This document shows, piece by piece, positions 38,200-46,883 of a stretch of 64,000 bases of DNA (its first letter is position 1; each line of letters begins with the position of its first letter). The DNA is from an uncultured archaeon (GTDB lineage Archaea > Aenigmatarchaeota > Aenigmatarchaeia > Aenigmatarchaeales > JAHLMS01), in assembly GCA_964353775.1 (NCBI GenBank), contig CAYGWB010000006.1, positions 4,718-68,717 of the forward strand, in the 5' to 3' direction. A model generated the notes under the pieces. That model was not told the origin of the DNA, made no database searches, and worked only from the letters and a program-made list of their open reading frames with translations. A program made the position numbers and the translations under genes.

Positions 38200-39047
38200 C
38201 AACGCTAGAAGAGCTGAACACTAAACAGAATCCGACATGGTGCCCAGGCTGCGGGAACTATCCGATACTGCTGACGCTCAAGAACGCTATAATAGAACTA
38301 GGGCTTGAACCGCACAAGGTGCTTGTGGTCGCGGGTGTCGGCTGCCACGGACACGGGCCGCAGTGGATAAACACCTACGGCTTCCAGGGAATTCACGGAC
38401 GAGCGCTGCCGGTCGCGAGTGCTGCGAAGCTGGCCAACACCGAGCTCGAGGTGTTCGTCGAGATGGGTGACGGCGACTGCTTCGCAATCGGCACCGGTCA
38501 CTTCGTGCACGCATGCCGCCGCAACATCGACATGACAGCGATCATACACGACAATCATATTTACGGACTAACGACCGGACAGACGAGCCCGACATGCGAA
38601 AAAGGTTTTGTCAGCAAGTCAACGCCTTTCGGCTCGGTCGACTCGCCAGTAAATCCTGTCGCGCTCGCGCTTGCCGCCGGTGCGACGTTCGTTGCAAGAG
38701 GATTCGCCGGTAATGTAAAGCATCTGCAAAAACTAATCGTCGCTGCCTCGAAGCACAAGGGCTTTGCCGTGATAGATGTGATGCAGCCTTGCGTTGTCTG
38801 GAACAAGGTCAACACATACGATTTCTGGCAGACCCGACTATACGACCTCGGAGAGGCCGGGCACAATCCAGCAGACAAAGACGCGGCATGGGACGCCGCT
38901 TGGGAATGGGGCGACAAGATACCGATGGGCATATTCTACGTGGAGAACAGACAGACATTGGAAGAACAACTGCCTCAACTGGCGACACCGCTCGTCAAAC
39001 AAACGATACCGCCAGATATCAGCAAGCTTCTTGAAGAGTTCCAGTAG
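38196..39047 (+). CDS. korB: 2-oxoacid:ferredoxin oxidoreductase, beta subunit
   Basis: WCPGCG, HGRALP, GDGD, YGLTTGQTSPT, QPC. Confidence 0.93.
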   Translation: MTTLEELNTKQNPTWCPGCGNYPILLTLKNAIIELGLEPHKVLVVAGVGCHGHGPQWINTYGFQGIHGRALPVASAAKLANTELEVFVEMGDGDCFAIGTGHFVHACRRNIDMTAIIHDNHIYGLTTGQTSPTCEKGFVSKSTPFGSVDSPVNPVALALAAGATFVARGFAGNVKHLQKLIVAASKHKGFAVIDVMQPCVVWNKVNTYDFWQTRLYDLGEAGHNPADKDAAWDAAWEWGDKIPMGIFYVENRQTLEEQLPQLATPLVKQTIPPDISKLLEEFQ

Positions 39048-39049
39048 AT

Positions 39050-39946
39050 TCACTCGATCTTCTTGATATATTTGTAAGCGTTGAATGCAGCTGTCGCGCC
39101 CTCGGCCGACGCCATCAGAGCCTGTTTGTATTTCCTGTCCGTCACATCGCCGGCAGCAAAGACGCCCGCGATGTTTGTGCGGCTTTCCTTGTCGATAATT
39201 ATTTCGCCCTGATCGTTAATCTTGATTCCAAGACCTTTCGCCATCGCGGTTGTCGGTACGCCGCCTATCTCGATGAACACGCCGTCCAGTTTCAGCTCCT
39301 TGTCCGTGTCGAGCTTGATTGATTCGACCAGTTTCTTGCCCTTAATCTCGACGACGTTCGCATTTGCGATTATCTCAATCTTCTTGTTCTTCTCCACCAA
39401 TTCGGTCGTCGCTGGTTCCGCTCGGATTTTTCCCTTGCGGTAAATTATGTAGACCTTCTTCGCCCACTGCGTCAGCAGCATGGCCTCCTTTGCAGCCGCG
39501 TCCGAGCCGCCGATGACCGCAACGGTCTTTTCCCTGAAGAACGGGCCGTCGCAGGCCGCGCAGTAGCTGACGCCCTTGCCCAAGAACTCTTCTTCGCCAG
39601 GCACGCCTAGCTTGCGCCTCTCGGTCCCGGTCGCAAAAAGGACGGTCTTGCCTTTGTATACCTTCTCGCTCGTGCGGACATCGAAACCGGCATTGGTCTT
39701 CTCGACCCCGATCACGTCCTGCTCCACTATCGGAACTTTGAACTTGCTGGCATGCTCCTTCATTTTTTCGGCCAGCTCGAGTCCGCTGATGCTTGCGATA
39801 CCCGGCCAGTTCTCGATAAGGTGCGCGGTCATTATCAGCCCGCCGGGCTGTTTTGCAAGAACTATAGTATCGAGCTTGAAGCGTGCGGCGTATATCGCCG
39901 CGGAAAGACCTGCAGGCCCGCCTCCGATGATTATCAAGTCATGCAT
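39050..39946 (-). CDS. trxB: Thioredoxin-disulfide reductase
   Basis: GGGPAGLSAA, GVSYCAACDG, GGSDAA, GVFAAGD. Confidence 0.95.
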   Translation of the reverse strand: MHDLIIIGGGPAGLSAAIYAARFKLDTIVLAKQPGGLIMTAHLIENWPGIASISGLELAEKMKEHASKFKVPIVEQDVIGVEKTNAGFDVRTSEKVYKGKTVLFATGTERRKLGVPGEEEFLGKGVSYCAACDGPFFREKTVAVIGGSDAAAKEAMLLTQWAKKVYIIYRKGKIRAEPATTELVEKNKKIEIIANANVVEIKGKKLVESIKLDTDKELKLDGVFIEIGGVPTTAMAKGLGIKINDQGEIIIDKESRTNIAGVFAAGDVTDRKYKQALMASAEGATAAFNAYKYIKKIE

Positions 39947-39976
39947 AACCCATTTAACGCGCAACGGAATTTAAAC

Positions 39977-40645
39977 CTATTTGTCCAATCGCTCCAGAAT
40001 ATCAGAAACGCAGACGTTGTCAAAATCGGACAGCCTCATGGCCTTCGACGCATAATGGCTTATGATATTGTCGATGTCCAACCTTACCATTTGTTCGGCC
40101 AATATCTCAGCCTTCGCCTTTGTCTTCGGCTTCTTCGGCGTGGCCGAGCAGCAGCTGACGTGCTCTTCCGACCAAAGGCCCAAAGATTTGGATATCTCCT
40201 CGATCTCCGGCTTGTCCAGGCCGAGCAGCGGCCTGATTATCGGGATTCTGACAAAACTCGTCGTGACAGCAAGGTTGTCAAGCGTCTGGCTCGCCTTCTG
40301 CGCCAGTGCCTCGCCGGTCGCTATCGCGAACGCACCCTCTGCCTTGGCTATGCGCTCGGCCGTCTTGAACATCGCCGAACGGCATATCACGCACATGTAG
40401 TCCCTGTAGCCTTTCTCAAGAGCGGCCTTCAATACAGGCGCCCATGGAACAAGCAGCATCTCCTTGAAACCGGTCCGCTCCTTAAGGGTGCCCATAACTT
40501 TCAGCATGCGTTCGAACGAACCTTTGCAATAGAAAGGGTAGTGGCAGAAATGCAACGGCACTATTTCATATTTTCTTGCCAGCAGGGCTGCAGCGACCGG
40601 ACTGTCTATGCCGCCGCTGACCAGCACGATCACTTTTTGCTTCAT
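39977..40645 (-). CDS. thiI: Stand-alone ThiI catalytic (PP-loop) domain, Fe-S type
   Basis: SGGIDSPVA, CVIC, TGEALAQKASQTLDNL, RPLLGLDK, CC; no THUMP domain. Confidence 0.85.
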   Translation of the reverse strand: MKQKVIVLVSGGIDSPVAAALLARKYEIVPLHFCHYPFYCKGSFERMLKVMGTLKERTGFKEMLLVPWAPVLKAALEKGYRDYMCVICRSAMFKTAERIAKAEGAFAIATGEALAQKASQTLDNLAVTTSFVRIPIIRPLLGLDKPEIEEISKSLGLWSEEHVSCCSATPKKPKTKAKAEILAEQMVRLDIDNIISHYASKAMRLSDFDNVCVSDILERLDK

Positions 40646-40678
40646 ACCGCGGTTTAAGTCGGCGAAGTATATAAACGC

Positions 40679-40918
40679 TTAGCGCTTGGCTACGACGGCG
40701 TTTATCTCTGCAATCATTTTCTTTATTTGTTCCTTGCTGAGGCCGTGGGCTATCGCGCCCTGTTCTATGGTCTCGAGCGCCGCACCGCAACAACCGACGC
40801 AGTGCATGCCAGAACGCATCATTATCTCTGCGGCCTCCGGATACCTATTGACGACTTCGCCTATCAGCATCTTGGCCGTGACGGCTGTTTTTTTTTCAAC
40901 TTTCTTTTTTGTAGGCAT
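40679..40918 (-). CDS. DUF1858 domain protein
   Basis: IGEVVNRYPEAAEI..GMHCVGC...ETIEQGAIAHG. Confidence 0.88.
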   Translation of the reverse strand: MPTKKKVEKKTAVTAKMLIGEVVNRYPEAAEIMMRSGMHCVGCCGAALETIEQGAIAHGLSKEQIKKMIAEINAVVAKR

Positions 40919-40928
40919 AATTTCACCA

Positions 40929-41399
40929 TCAATGAACGTGTTCGGCAATGTCCGTCTGTTTGGTTATCTTATCATGCTCAGCCTCGAGCACATTTGGGAT
41001 AGGAAGTTTGTGTTTCATATAGTAGTTGTATATCGCTTCGTGCAACGCATCGACTGCAAGGAGCGAGCAGTGCATCTTTATCGGCGGGAGGCCGCCCAGA
41101 CCTTTGACAATATCATCCTTTGTGATCGAGAGCACTTTCTTGAGCTCCTTGCCTTTGACCAGGTCCGTTATCATGCTGGACGTGGCTATCGCGGCCACGC
41201 ATCCGTATGTCTCGAACTTGACATCGTCTATGACGGTCTTGCCGGCCCTGTTCTTCACCTTGATGTACAGCCACATCACGTCGCCGCATTTCGGGTTGCC
41301 GACACGGCCTATGCCGTCCGGCTTGGTTATTTTGCCCATGTTGTGTGGCTTCTTGAAGTGGGCCAACACCTTCTTCGTGTAGAACGACTGCGATTTCAT
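40929..41399 (-). CDS. iscU: IscU/NifU Fe-S scaffold
   Basis: GNPKCGD, FETYGC, LPPIKMHCS. Confidence 0.95.
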   Translation of the reverse strand: MKSQSFYTKKVLAHFKKPHNMGKITKPDGIGRVGNPKCGDVMWLYIKVKNRAGKTVIDDVKFETYGCVAAIATSSMITDLVKGKELKKVLSITKDDIVKGLGGLPPIKMHCSLLAVDALHEAIYNYYMKHKLPIPNVLEAEHDKITKQTDIAEHVH

Positions 41400-42550
41400 T
41401 TTCTTCCCCTCTTGAACGGCGATATCTCGCGCAGCTTCTCGACGGTCTTAGGCAGGACCTTGATGAGAGCTTCCACATCGGACTTCTTGTTGAACTTGCC
41501 GAGCGAAACGCGCAGTGAGCCGTGCGCCTTCTCATGCTTCTGGCCTAACGCCAGCAGTACATGCGAGGGCTCGAGCGACTGGCTGGAACAGGCAGAGCCG
41601 GTGCTGACAGCGAATCCGTGCATGTCCAGCTGAAGGATCAGTGACTCGCCTTCGATATAACTGAAACCGAAGTTGGCATTACCGGGCAGACGCTGCTTCG
41701 GGTGTCCGTTGAGCCAGCTGTTCGGAATCTTCAGAACTTCCCTTATCAGTCTGTCCCGCAAGGCTTTGAGATGTTTCGTGTCCGCGTTCATCTCGCGTTT
41801 GGCAATCTTGGCCGCCTCGCCGAAACCGACGATGCCCGAGATGTTCTCCGTGCCGGACCGCAGACCGTGTTCGTGGCCGCCGCCATGGGCGAGAGGCGTG
41901 AGCTTCACCCCTTTGCGGACATACAGGCAGCCGACGCCCTTCGGCCCGTGTATCTTGTGGCTAGATATTGAAAGCAAATCCATGCGCATCGTGCCGACGT
42001 CTATCGGGATCTTGCCGAACGTCTGGACCGCGTCCGTGTGGAAATATACGCGGTTCTTGCGGCACACCTCTCCTATCTTTGCGATCGGCTCGATGGTACC
42101 TATCTCATTGTTGGCGTGCATTATCGAAACGAGCAGTGTGTCCTTCCTTATTGCAAAATCGACTGCCGCCGGGTCGACCAGACCGTACTTGTCGACCGGC
42201 AGAATCGTTACATCGTAGCCTTGCTGCTTCAACCATTTGCAGGTTTCGAGCACGGAATGATGTTCGATCGCGGAAGTTATGATGTGTTTTTTGCTCGGGT
42301 TAGCGAAGGCTAGCCCCTTGATCGCAAGGTTGTTACTCTCTGTTCCGCCAGACGTGAAAATAATCTCTTCCGGCTTCGCACCAATCACAGCCGCCACATT
42401 CTCACGCGCGTTCTCCAGAGCTGTTCTCGCCTTCTGTCCGAAGACGTGCAGGCTGGATGCGTTGCCGAAGTTCTTTGAGAAATAGGGCTGCATCGACCTC
42501 AGTACCCTGGGGTCGACGGCCGTTGTCGCTGCGTTGTCCATGTACGGCAT
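41396..42550 (-). CDS. iscS: IscS/NifS cysteine desulfurase
   Basis: YMDNAATT, FTSGGTESNN, SSHKIHGPKG, STGSAC. Confidence 0.96.
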   Translation of the reverse strand: MPYMDNAATTAVDPRVLRSMQPYFSKNFGNASSLHVFGQKARTALENARENVAAVIGAKPEEIIFTSGGTESNNLAIKGLAFANPSKKHIITSAIEHHSVLETCKWLKQQGYDVTILPVDKYGLVDPAAVDFAIRKDTLLVSIMHANNEIGTIEPIAKIGEVCRKNRVYFHTDAVQTFGKIPIDVGTMRMDLLSISSHKIHGPKGVGCLYVRKGVKLTPLAHGGGHEHGLRSGTENISGIVGFGEAAKIAKREMNADTKHLKALRDRLIREVLKIPNSWLNGHPKQRLPGNANFGFSYIEGESLILQLDMHGFAVSTGSACSSQSLEPSHVLLALGQKHEKAHGSLRVSLGKFNKKSDVEALIKVLPKTVEKLREISPFKRGRK

Positions 42551-42873
42551 CAGCGACACCTCTCGCATACGTACTGCTTGAAGATGCCTTCGAAGGTGCG
42601 ACAGAACTCCGTGCAGGAACGGGCCATGGTGCGACGACCTGAGGGCGTCAGATGATATACCTTCTTTCTTCCGACCGTACGGGCGCTAACCAGTTTCATC
42701 TCCTCAAGTCTCGCCAGCACCGGATAAAGAACGCCGGCGGTTATCTTCGTTGTTTTTATGTCGTTCAGCTGCTTTATCAGCTCATAACCGTGCACGGGCT
42801 TGCGACCGAGAAGCCAAAGGACCTGCATCTGCAGCATCCCGAGGTCGATGTCACTATATCTGTGTACAGACAT
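42550..42873 (-). CDS. PadR family regulator with C-terminal Cx3Cx11Cx2C
   Basis: PVHGYELI, GVLYPVLARLE, RKKVYHLT..G; tail CTEFC...CERCR; probably leaderless. Confidence 0.88.
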   Translation of the reverse strand: MSVHRYSDIDLGMLQMQVLWLLGRKPVHGYELIKQLNDIKTTKITAGVLYPVLARLEEMKLVSARTVGRKKVYHLTPSGRRTMARSCTEFCRTFEGIFKQYVCERCR

Positions 42874-42905
42874 ATATGTATACATATATATCGGCAGTAT
42901 TTAAA
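42855..42905 (-). promoter_or_regulatory. PadR promoter: TATA plus two tandem palindromic operator-like sites
   Basis: TATATCTGTGTACAGACATA (42855-42874) and CATATATGTATACATATATA (42871-42890) downstream of TTTAAATA. Confidence 0.65.
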
Positions 42906-42972
42906 GTTAAGTTTAAATATAAAACAGTTCAATATAGCATTCCTTGTATAACACTATTAAGTTGGTCTTTGT

Positions 42973-43347
42973 ATGCCAAAATGTAGAGCTTGTAATATTA
43001 AATTAAACGATAATAATTGGTATCCTTGCAGTAAAAAGTGGTATCATCATATATGTAAAAAATGTTCAGATACAAAGTGTAAGAAATATAACAAAAAAAC
43101 AATTAAAGAAGTAAAAGCGAAGATTCTATATATACTCGGTAAGAAATGTGTGAAATGTGGATTTACAGATATCCGTGCTTTACAAATAGATCATAAGAAC
43201 GGTGGTGGAAACAAAGAAAGAAAACTTTATGATGGTTATCGCCATTATAAAAAACTTAGGGGTATGTCAGATACTGATATAAAAGCCAAATTTCAGTTAT
43301 TATGTGCTAATTGCAATTGGATAAAGAGGTCTGAAAATGACGAATAA
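42973..43347 (+). CDS. AT-rich HNH endonuclease with N-terminal Zn finger, probably mobile
   Basis: CVKCG...LQIDHKNGGG...QLLCANCN; flanked by ataacactatta / ataacgctatta. Confidence 0.82.
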   Translation: MPKCRACNIKLNDNNWYPCSKKWYHHICKKCSDTKCKKYNKKTIKEVKAKILYILGKKCVKCGFTDIRALQIDHKNGGGNKERKLYDGYRHYKKLRGMSDTDIKAKFQLLCANCNWIKRSENDE

Positions 43348-43374
43348 CGCTATTATATCTCTTTGGGTGGGTCC

Positions 43375-43752
43375 ATGGTAAAACCCTATTGTGAAATAGT
43401 CGTCCGCGAGATTCTGCCCGGCGTCAGGGCCCTTCTGGCCAACGAACTTCTAAAGAACGGCCTTACGCAGGCAAAAACAGCTGCGAAACTCGGCGTGACA
43501 CAGTCCGCTGTTTCACAGTACAGGCGGGAGCTGCGCGGCTGGAAGGTCCAGCGGATATCGAAGGACGCCGCGATAACGGATGAGATACAGAAATTCTCCA
43601 AAAAAATAATGGACAGTGACCCGGACGCGATAACCATCCACGGTCTTCTGTGCGACGTATGCAGGCTTGCCCGGATGCGCGGGCTATTGTGCGAAGACCA
43701 CAGACAATCGCTCGCGGGCCTGGACAACTGCCAGCTCTGCATGAAGAAATAA
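43375..43752 (+). CDS. Archaeal HTH regulator with Cys-rich C-terminus (COG2522-like)
   Basis: PYCE..LPGVR, GLTQAKTAAKLGVTQSAVSQY, CDVC..CEDH..CQLC. Confidence 0.85.
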   Translation: MVKPYCEIVVREILPGVRALLANELLKNGLTQAKTAAKLGVTQSAVSQYRRELRGWKVQRISKDAAITDEIQKFSKKIMDSDPDAITIHGLLCDVCRLARMRGLLCEDHRQSLAGLDNCQLCMKK

Positions 43753-43753
43753 A

Positions 43754-46700
43754 TCATTGGCTAGTCTGATACGTCTGCACGGTCTGCTTTCTCTTGAACA
43801 TTTCTTTGAGACGGTCAATCAGCTTCTTTCCGCCTGACGTCTGCTGCATGCGGTAGCCAATCTCCGGATAATAGCCGGCCTTTTGCGACGGCAGCGACGG
43901 GAGTTTGACTCCTGTCCGCAAAGCATATACGACCAGTCCGATCACTCCGACAACGGCAGCACCGCCACCGACCCATGTCCACGGTATGTTTATTGGGGTT
44001 GATTCGACCTTGGATGTCGTTAGCGCAGCCTCTGCCGCAGTCAGCGCAGCCTCGATCTGGCTGAGCAAATCGTTCGCCGTCGACCAGTCGCCACTGTCGG
44101 CAGCCTCCTGTGCTGAGTCGAGAAGTCCCTTGGCCTCCGCGAGCTTTGCGGCAGCCTCGGTTACGTTCGCGCCTGTCGCGTTCGTCTGGTTGATAAGTGA
44201 TGATATGTTCTCGTAGCGGTCGGTATAACTGACAAGGCTGCTGTTGATATCGCTCTGCGTTGCGGTGTTAGGTCTGACTACGAGCTTCGAGCTCTTCGAG
44301 CTCGAGATGCCGGTCGCCCAGCCGACAAAGCTCAAGCTGTAATTCCCTATCGTAGAGTTAGCCGGAACTGAGAACGTGACCGTCCATGAGCCCGATTGGT
44401 TCTTTGGCAGGCTTACGGCCGCTGTAGGACTAATCGATACCCAGCTCGAGTCAACGCCAGTTACGTTGAGTCGCACGTCGCTGAGCGTGCTTGATCCAGT
44501 GTTCTTTATGGTGATGCTTGCGGTCGCGGAGCCTCCCTGCAGGACTGTCGTCTCCAGAGGAGCTGTAACCAGGAGGGACTTGTTTGTGGTCGTAGTAGTG
44601 TTGCCTGAAAACTTCTTGTCGGAACTGCTTTGCTGTGTGTCGGCCGTGGTTATGTTGAAAGCGAAAGACAGGCTCTGCGTGTCCCACTTGGCCGCAGTTG
44701 AACCGGAATAGTTGCTGGCAACTGCGGTTATGTTAAGGCTGCATGTGCCGGTCGTTGTGTTGAACTTCCAACTTGTTGAGTTGATACCGCCAAGAGCCGT
44801 GAGAGTTCCCAACTGAACAGTTGTTGTGTTTGAATAACCTATTTCGTTCGTAAGAGTTAAACATGAACCGACAATCGATTCGGTGACGTTTACGTTGAAT
44901 GCATTAACAGAACCGTAGTTCGCCACAGTGACATAGCAGTATGTCGGTGTTCCGGCAGTGGTGCTCAGAGGCACACAGCTTGCCGCAAGCCTCAGTGCGG
45001 TCTGGCTGACGTTAAGCGTTCGGTTGGCCGTGGCGTTGTTCTTGTCGGTCGTGTTCTTGTCCTGGGCATAGATGTAATAGTCGTATAAACCGCCAAGCAT
45101 CGTGCTCGGTATGGTCGCGTTTACGATGTTGTAGGCGTCCGTCACGTTGAAATTCGTTATGCTCGCGTTAGCGAGCGTGGTATTCCCAAAGTATGTCATG
45201 TTTTTGTGTGTGATCCAGACCGTGAAATTGGATGCGTTCAGTCCTGTCACGTTTGTGCCGTTCTGATATTTTACGCTGACGCTCGCATTGGTGTTGTTTC
45301 CAGGAACAGTCCATGTTGTTCCTGTCTGGTCGGTGATATTCGTTATGTTTACGTCCAGTTGGTTTGTCAGATTGACAAGCATGTCGAGCCTGAAATGCCT
45401 GTACGGGAAGCCGTTCGCGGTCGTGATGAGGGCCGAACCAGTGTACGAGCCTTGCGTGTTGTTCGTGTTGACTGTGTTGATTGTGATGTTGATTTGCGAA
45501 CTGTTCGCGGTGCCGTTGAAAACAGTCGGATTGGTCGGACCTATTGTGTAGTTGATCAATCTGTTACCGTTCGTAAGATTCGAACTTCCGATTACGGGTG
45601 CTCCAAGGTAGACCGCGACCGCGCCGACACCTACAGTAGGTATGTGGACATAGCTCACGCCGAACGTGGTGCCGTCCCAAAGAACGGCGGTCTGGCTCTC
45701 GTTCAGTGTAGTAGTGTTGCTCTGTGAAGAATTGCTAGAGTTGCTTATCGTCATGTTGGCCGTCCGCACGTCACCGACAGTGCCCACACTGTTCAGATTT
45801 ACGACATAGCTGGCGTTTGACGTGGTGTTGACGAGCGTATAGCTCGAGCCGACGTTAACGACCTGTGAGCTTGGTGAGTTGAGCGTTATGTTGCTTACGG
45901 TCAGATTGTATCCGGCCGTGTTGTTGATAGTGAAACCGATTGTCCGGGTGGTGTTGAAACCGATGTTTTCCTTTACGGTTATGTTGGTTGTCCAGTCGTA
46001 CGGCATCTGATCGAATGTTCCGTTCGGGTAGGCCGTGGTGTTGACCATCAGAGAGGCCTGCAGCAGTTCGACCGTTCCGTTGAAGGTTATGTTGCCTGTC
46101 GTAGTTGTGTTGCTGACGCGGAGACAGGAAAAGTTGGCAAGCGGGAAATACGACTGTATGAAAGTGGTCGTGTTGCTGGTCGCGTTCAATGTTGCAGTGC
46201 CTTCGTATGAAGTGCACGCGGTATCGCCAGCCCATCCGAACGTCAGACCTTCACTGCTTATGTTGATGATATTGAACCTGAGCCCAGCGACATTACTTGC
46301 TAGCGACCTGTTGAAGAAGAATAATTCGTTGGTCGCGTTTGTCACGATGCCTGTTATGTTGCCAACAGCACCGGTCGGTGTTGCCGCGAATGTTATTGGC
46401 ACGTCGACGTAAACGCTAAAGGTTGTTATGTTCTCGGAAGAATTGGTCGAGTTTGCTATCGTCAGATTTCCAGAGTATTTGCCTGCCACAACGCCCGTGG
46501 TATTGGCAAGCAGCGTGATGTTCAGGTAACTTTTGTTAGCGACAAGAATGAAGTTGTTGTCATTGTCCGTGCCATTGTTTACGGAGAAATTGATTGTATA
46601 GGAAAGCAAATTTTTCAGAGTGCCTGTCGTGTTTGTTATACTGACGGTGGTATTGTACGTCTGATTGTTGTATAACGTGATGTTCCCGGAAAATGCGTTG

Positions 46701-46840
46701 GTCCAGTTTAAGTAGAGCGGGCTGCTTGATGCGGTGAACTCGCCGCTCGTGCTTATGATGGTTGCTGCGGAAACAAGGATTGCCATGGCTGCGAGTATCA
46801 TCAAAGTGGATGCAAACAGGGCGGACGACCTTAATCTCAT
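43754..46840 (-). CDS. Large Asn/Thr-rich cell-surface glycoprotein (Ig-like domains, helical stalk, C-terminal TM)
   Basis: Signal peptide, dense N-x-S/T sequons, ITIKNTG-type Ig domain, TM WVGGGAAVVGVIGLVVY. Confidence 0.85.
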   Translation of the reverse strand: MRLRSSALFASTLMILAAMAILVSAATIISTSGEFTASSSPLYLNWTNAFSGNITLYNNQTYNTTVSITNTTGTLKNLLSYTINFSVNNGTDNDNNFILVANKSYLNITLLANTTGVVAGKYSGNLTIANSTNSSENITTFSVYVDVPITFAATPTGAVGNITGIVTNATNELFFFNRSLASNVAGLRFNIINISSEGLTFGWAGDTACTSYEGTATLNATSNTTTFIQSYFPLANFSCLRVSNTTTTGNITFNGTVELLQASLMVNTTAYPNGTFDQMPYDWTTNITVKENIGFNTTRTIGFTINNTAGYNLTVSNITLNSPSSQVVNVGSSYTLVNTTSNASYVVNLNSVGTVGDVRTANMTISNSSNSSQSNTTTLNESQTAVLWDGTTFGVSYVHIPTVGVGAVAVYLGAPVIGSSNLTNGNRLINYTIGPTNPTVFNGTANSSQINITINTVNTNNTQGSYTGSALITTANGFPYRHFRLDMLVNLTNQLDVNITNITDQTGTTWTVPGNNTNASVSVKYQNGTNVTGLNASNFTVWITHKNMTYFGNTTLANASITNFNVTDAYNIVNATIPSTMLGGLYDYYIYAQDKNTTDKNNATANRTLNVSQTALRLAASCVPLSTTAGTPTYCYVTVANYGSVNAFNVNVTESIVGSCLTLTNEIGYSNTTTVQLGTLTALGGINSTSWKFNTTTGTCSLNITAVASNYSGSTAAKWDTQSLSFAFNITTADTQQSSSDKKFSGNTTTTTNKSLLVTAPLETTVLQGGSATASITIKNTGSSTLSDVRLNVTGVDSSWVSISPTAAVSLPKNQSGSWTVTFSVPANSTIGNYSLSFVGWATGISSSKSSKLVVRPNTATQSDINSSLVSYTDRYENISSLINQTNATGANVTEAAAKLAEAKGLLDSAQEAADSGDWSTANDLLSQIEAALTAAEAALTTSKVESTPINIPWTWVGGGAAVVGVIGLVVYALRTGVKLPSLPSQKAGYYPEIGYRMQQTSGGKKLIDRLKEMFKRKQTVQTYQTSQ

Positions 46841-46883
46841 CAAATCACAAGTCTGTTATTGGCAGTGGTATATAAAAACTTTA

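Noticed and set aside
32218-41399. Selenocysteine/UGA recoding in redox genes
   Set aside because: The CxxC motifs are Cys-encoded and the ORFs look complete; no in-frame UGA seen at catalytic sites.
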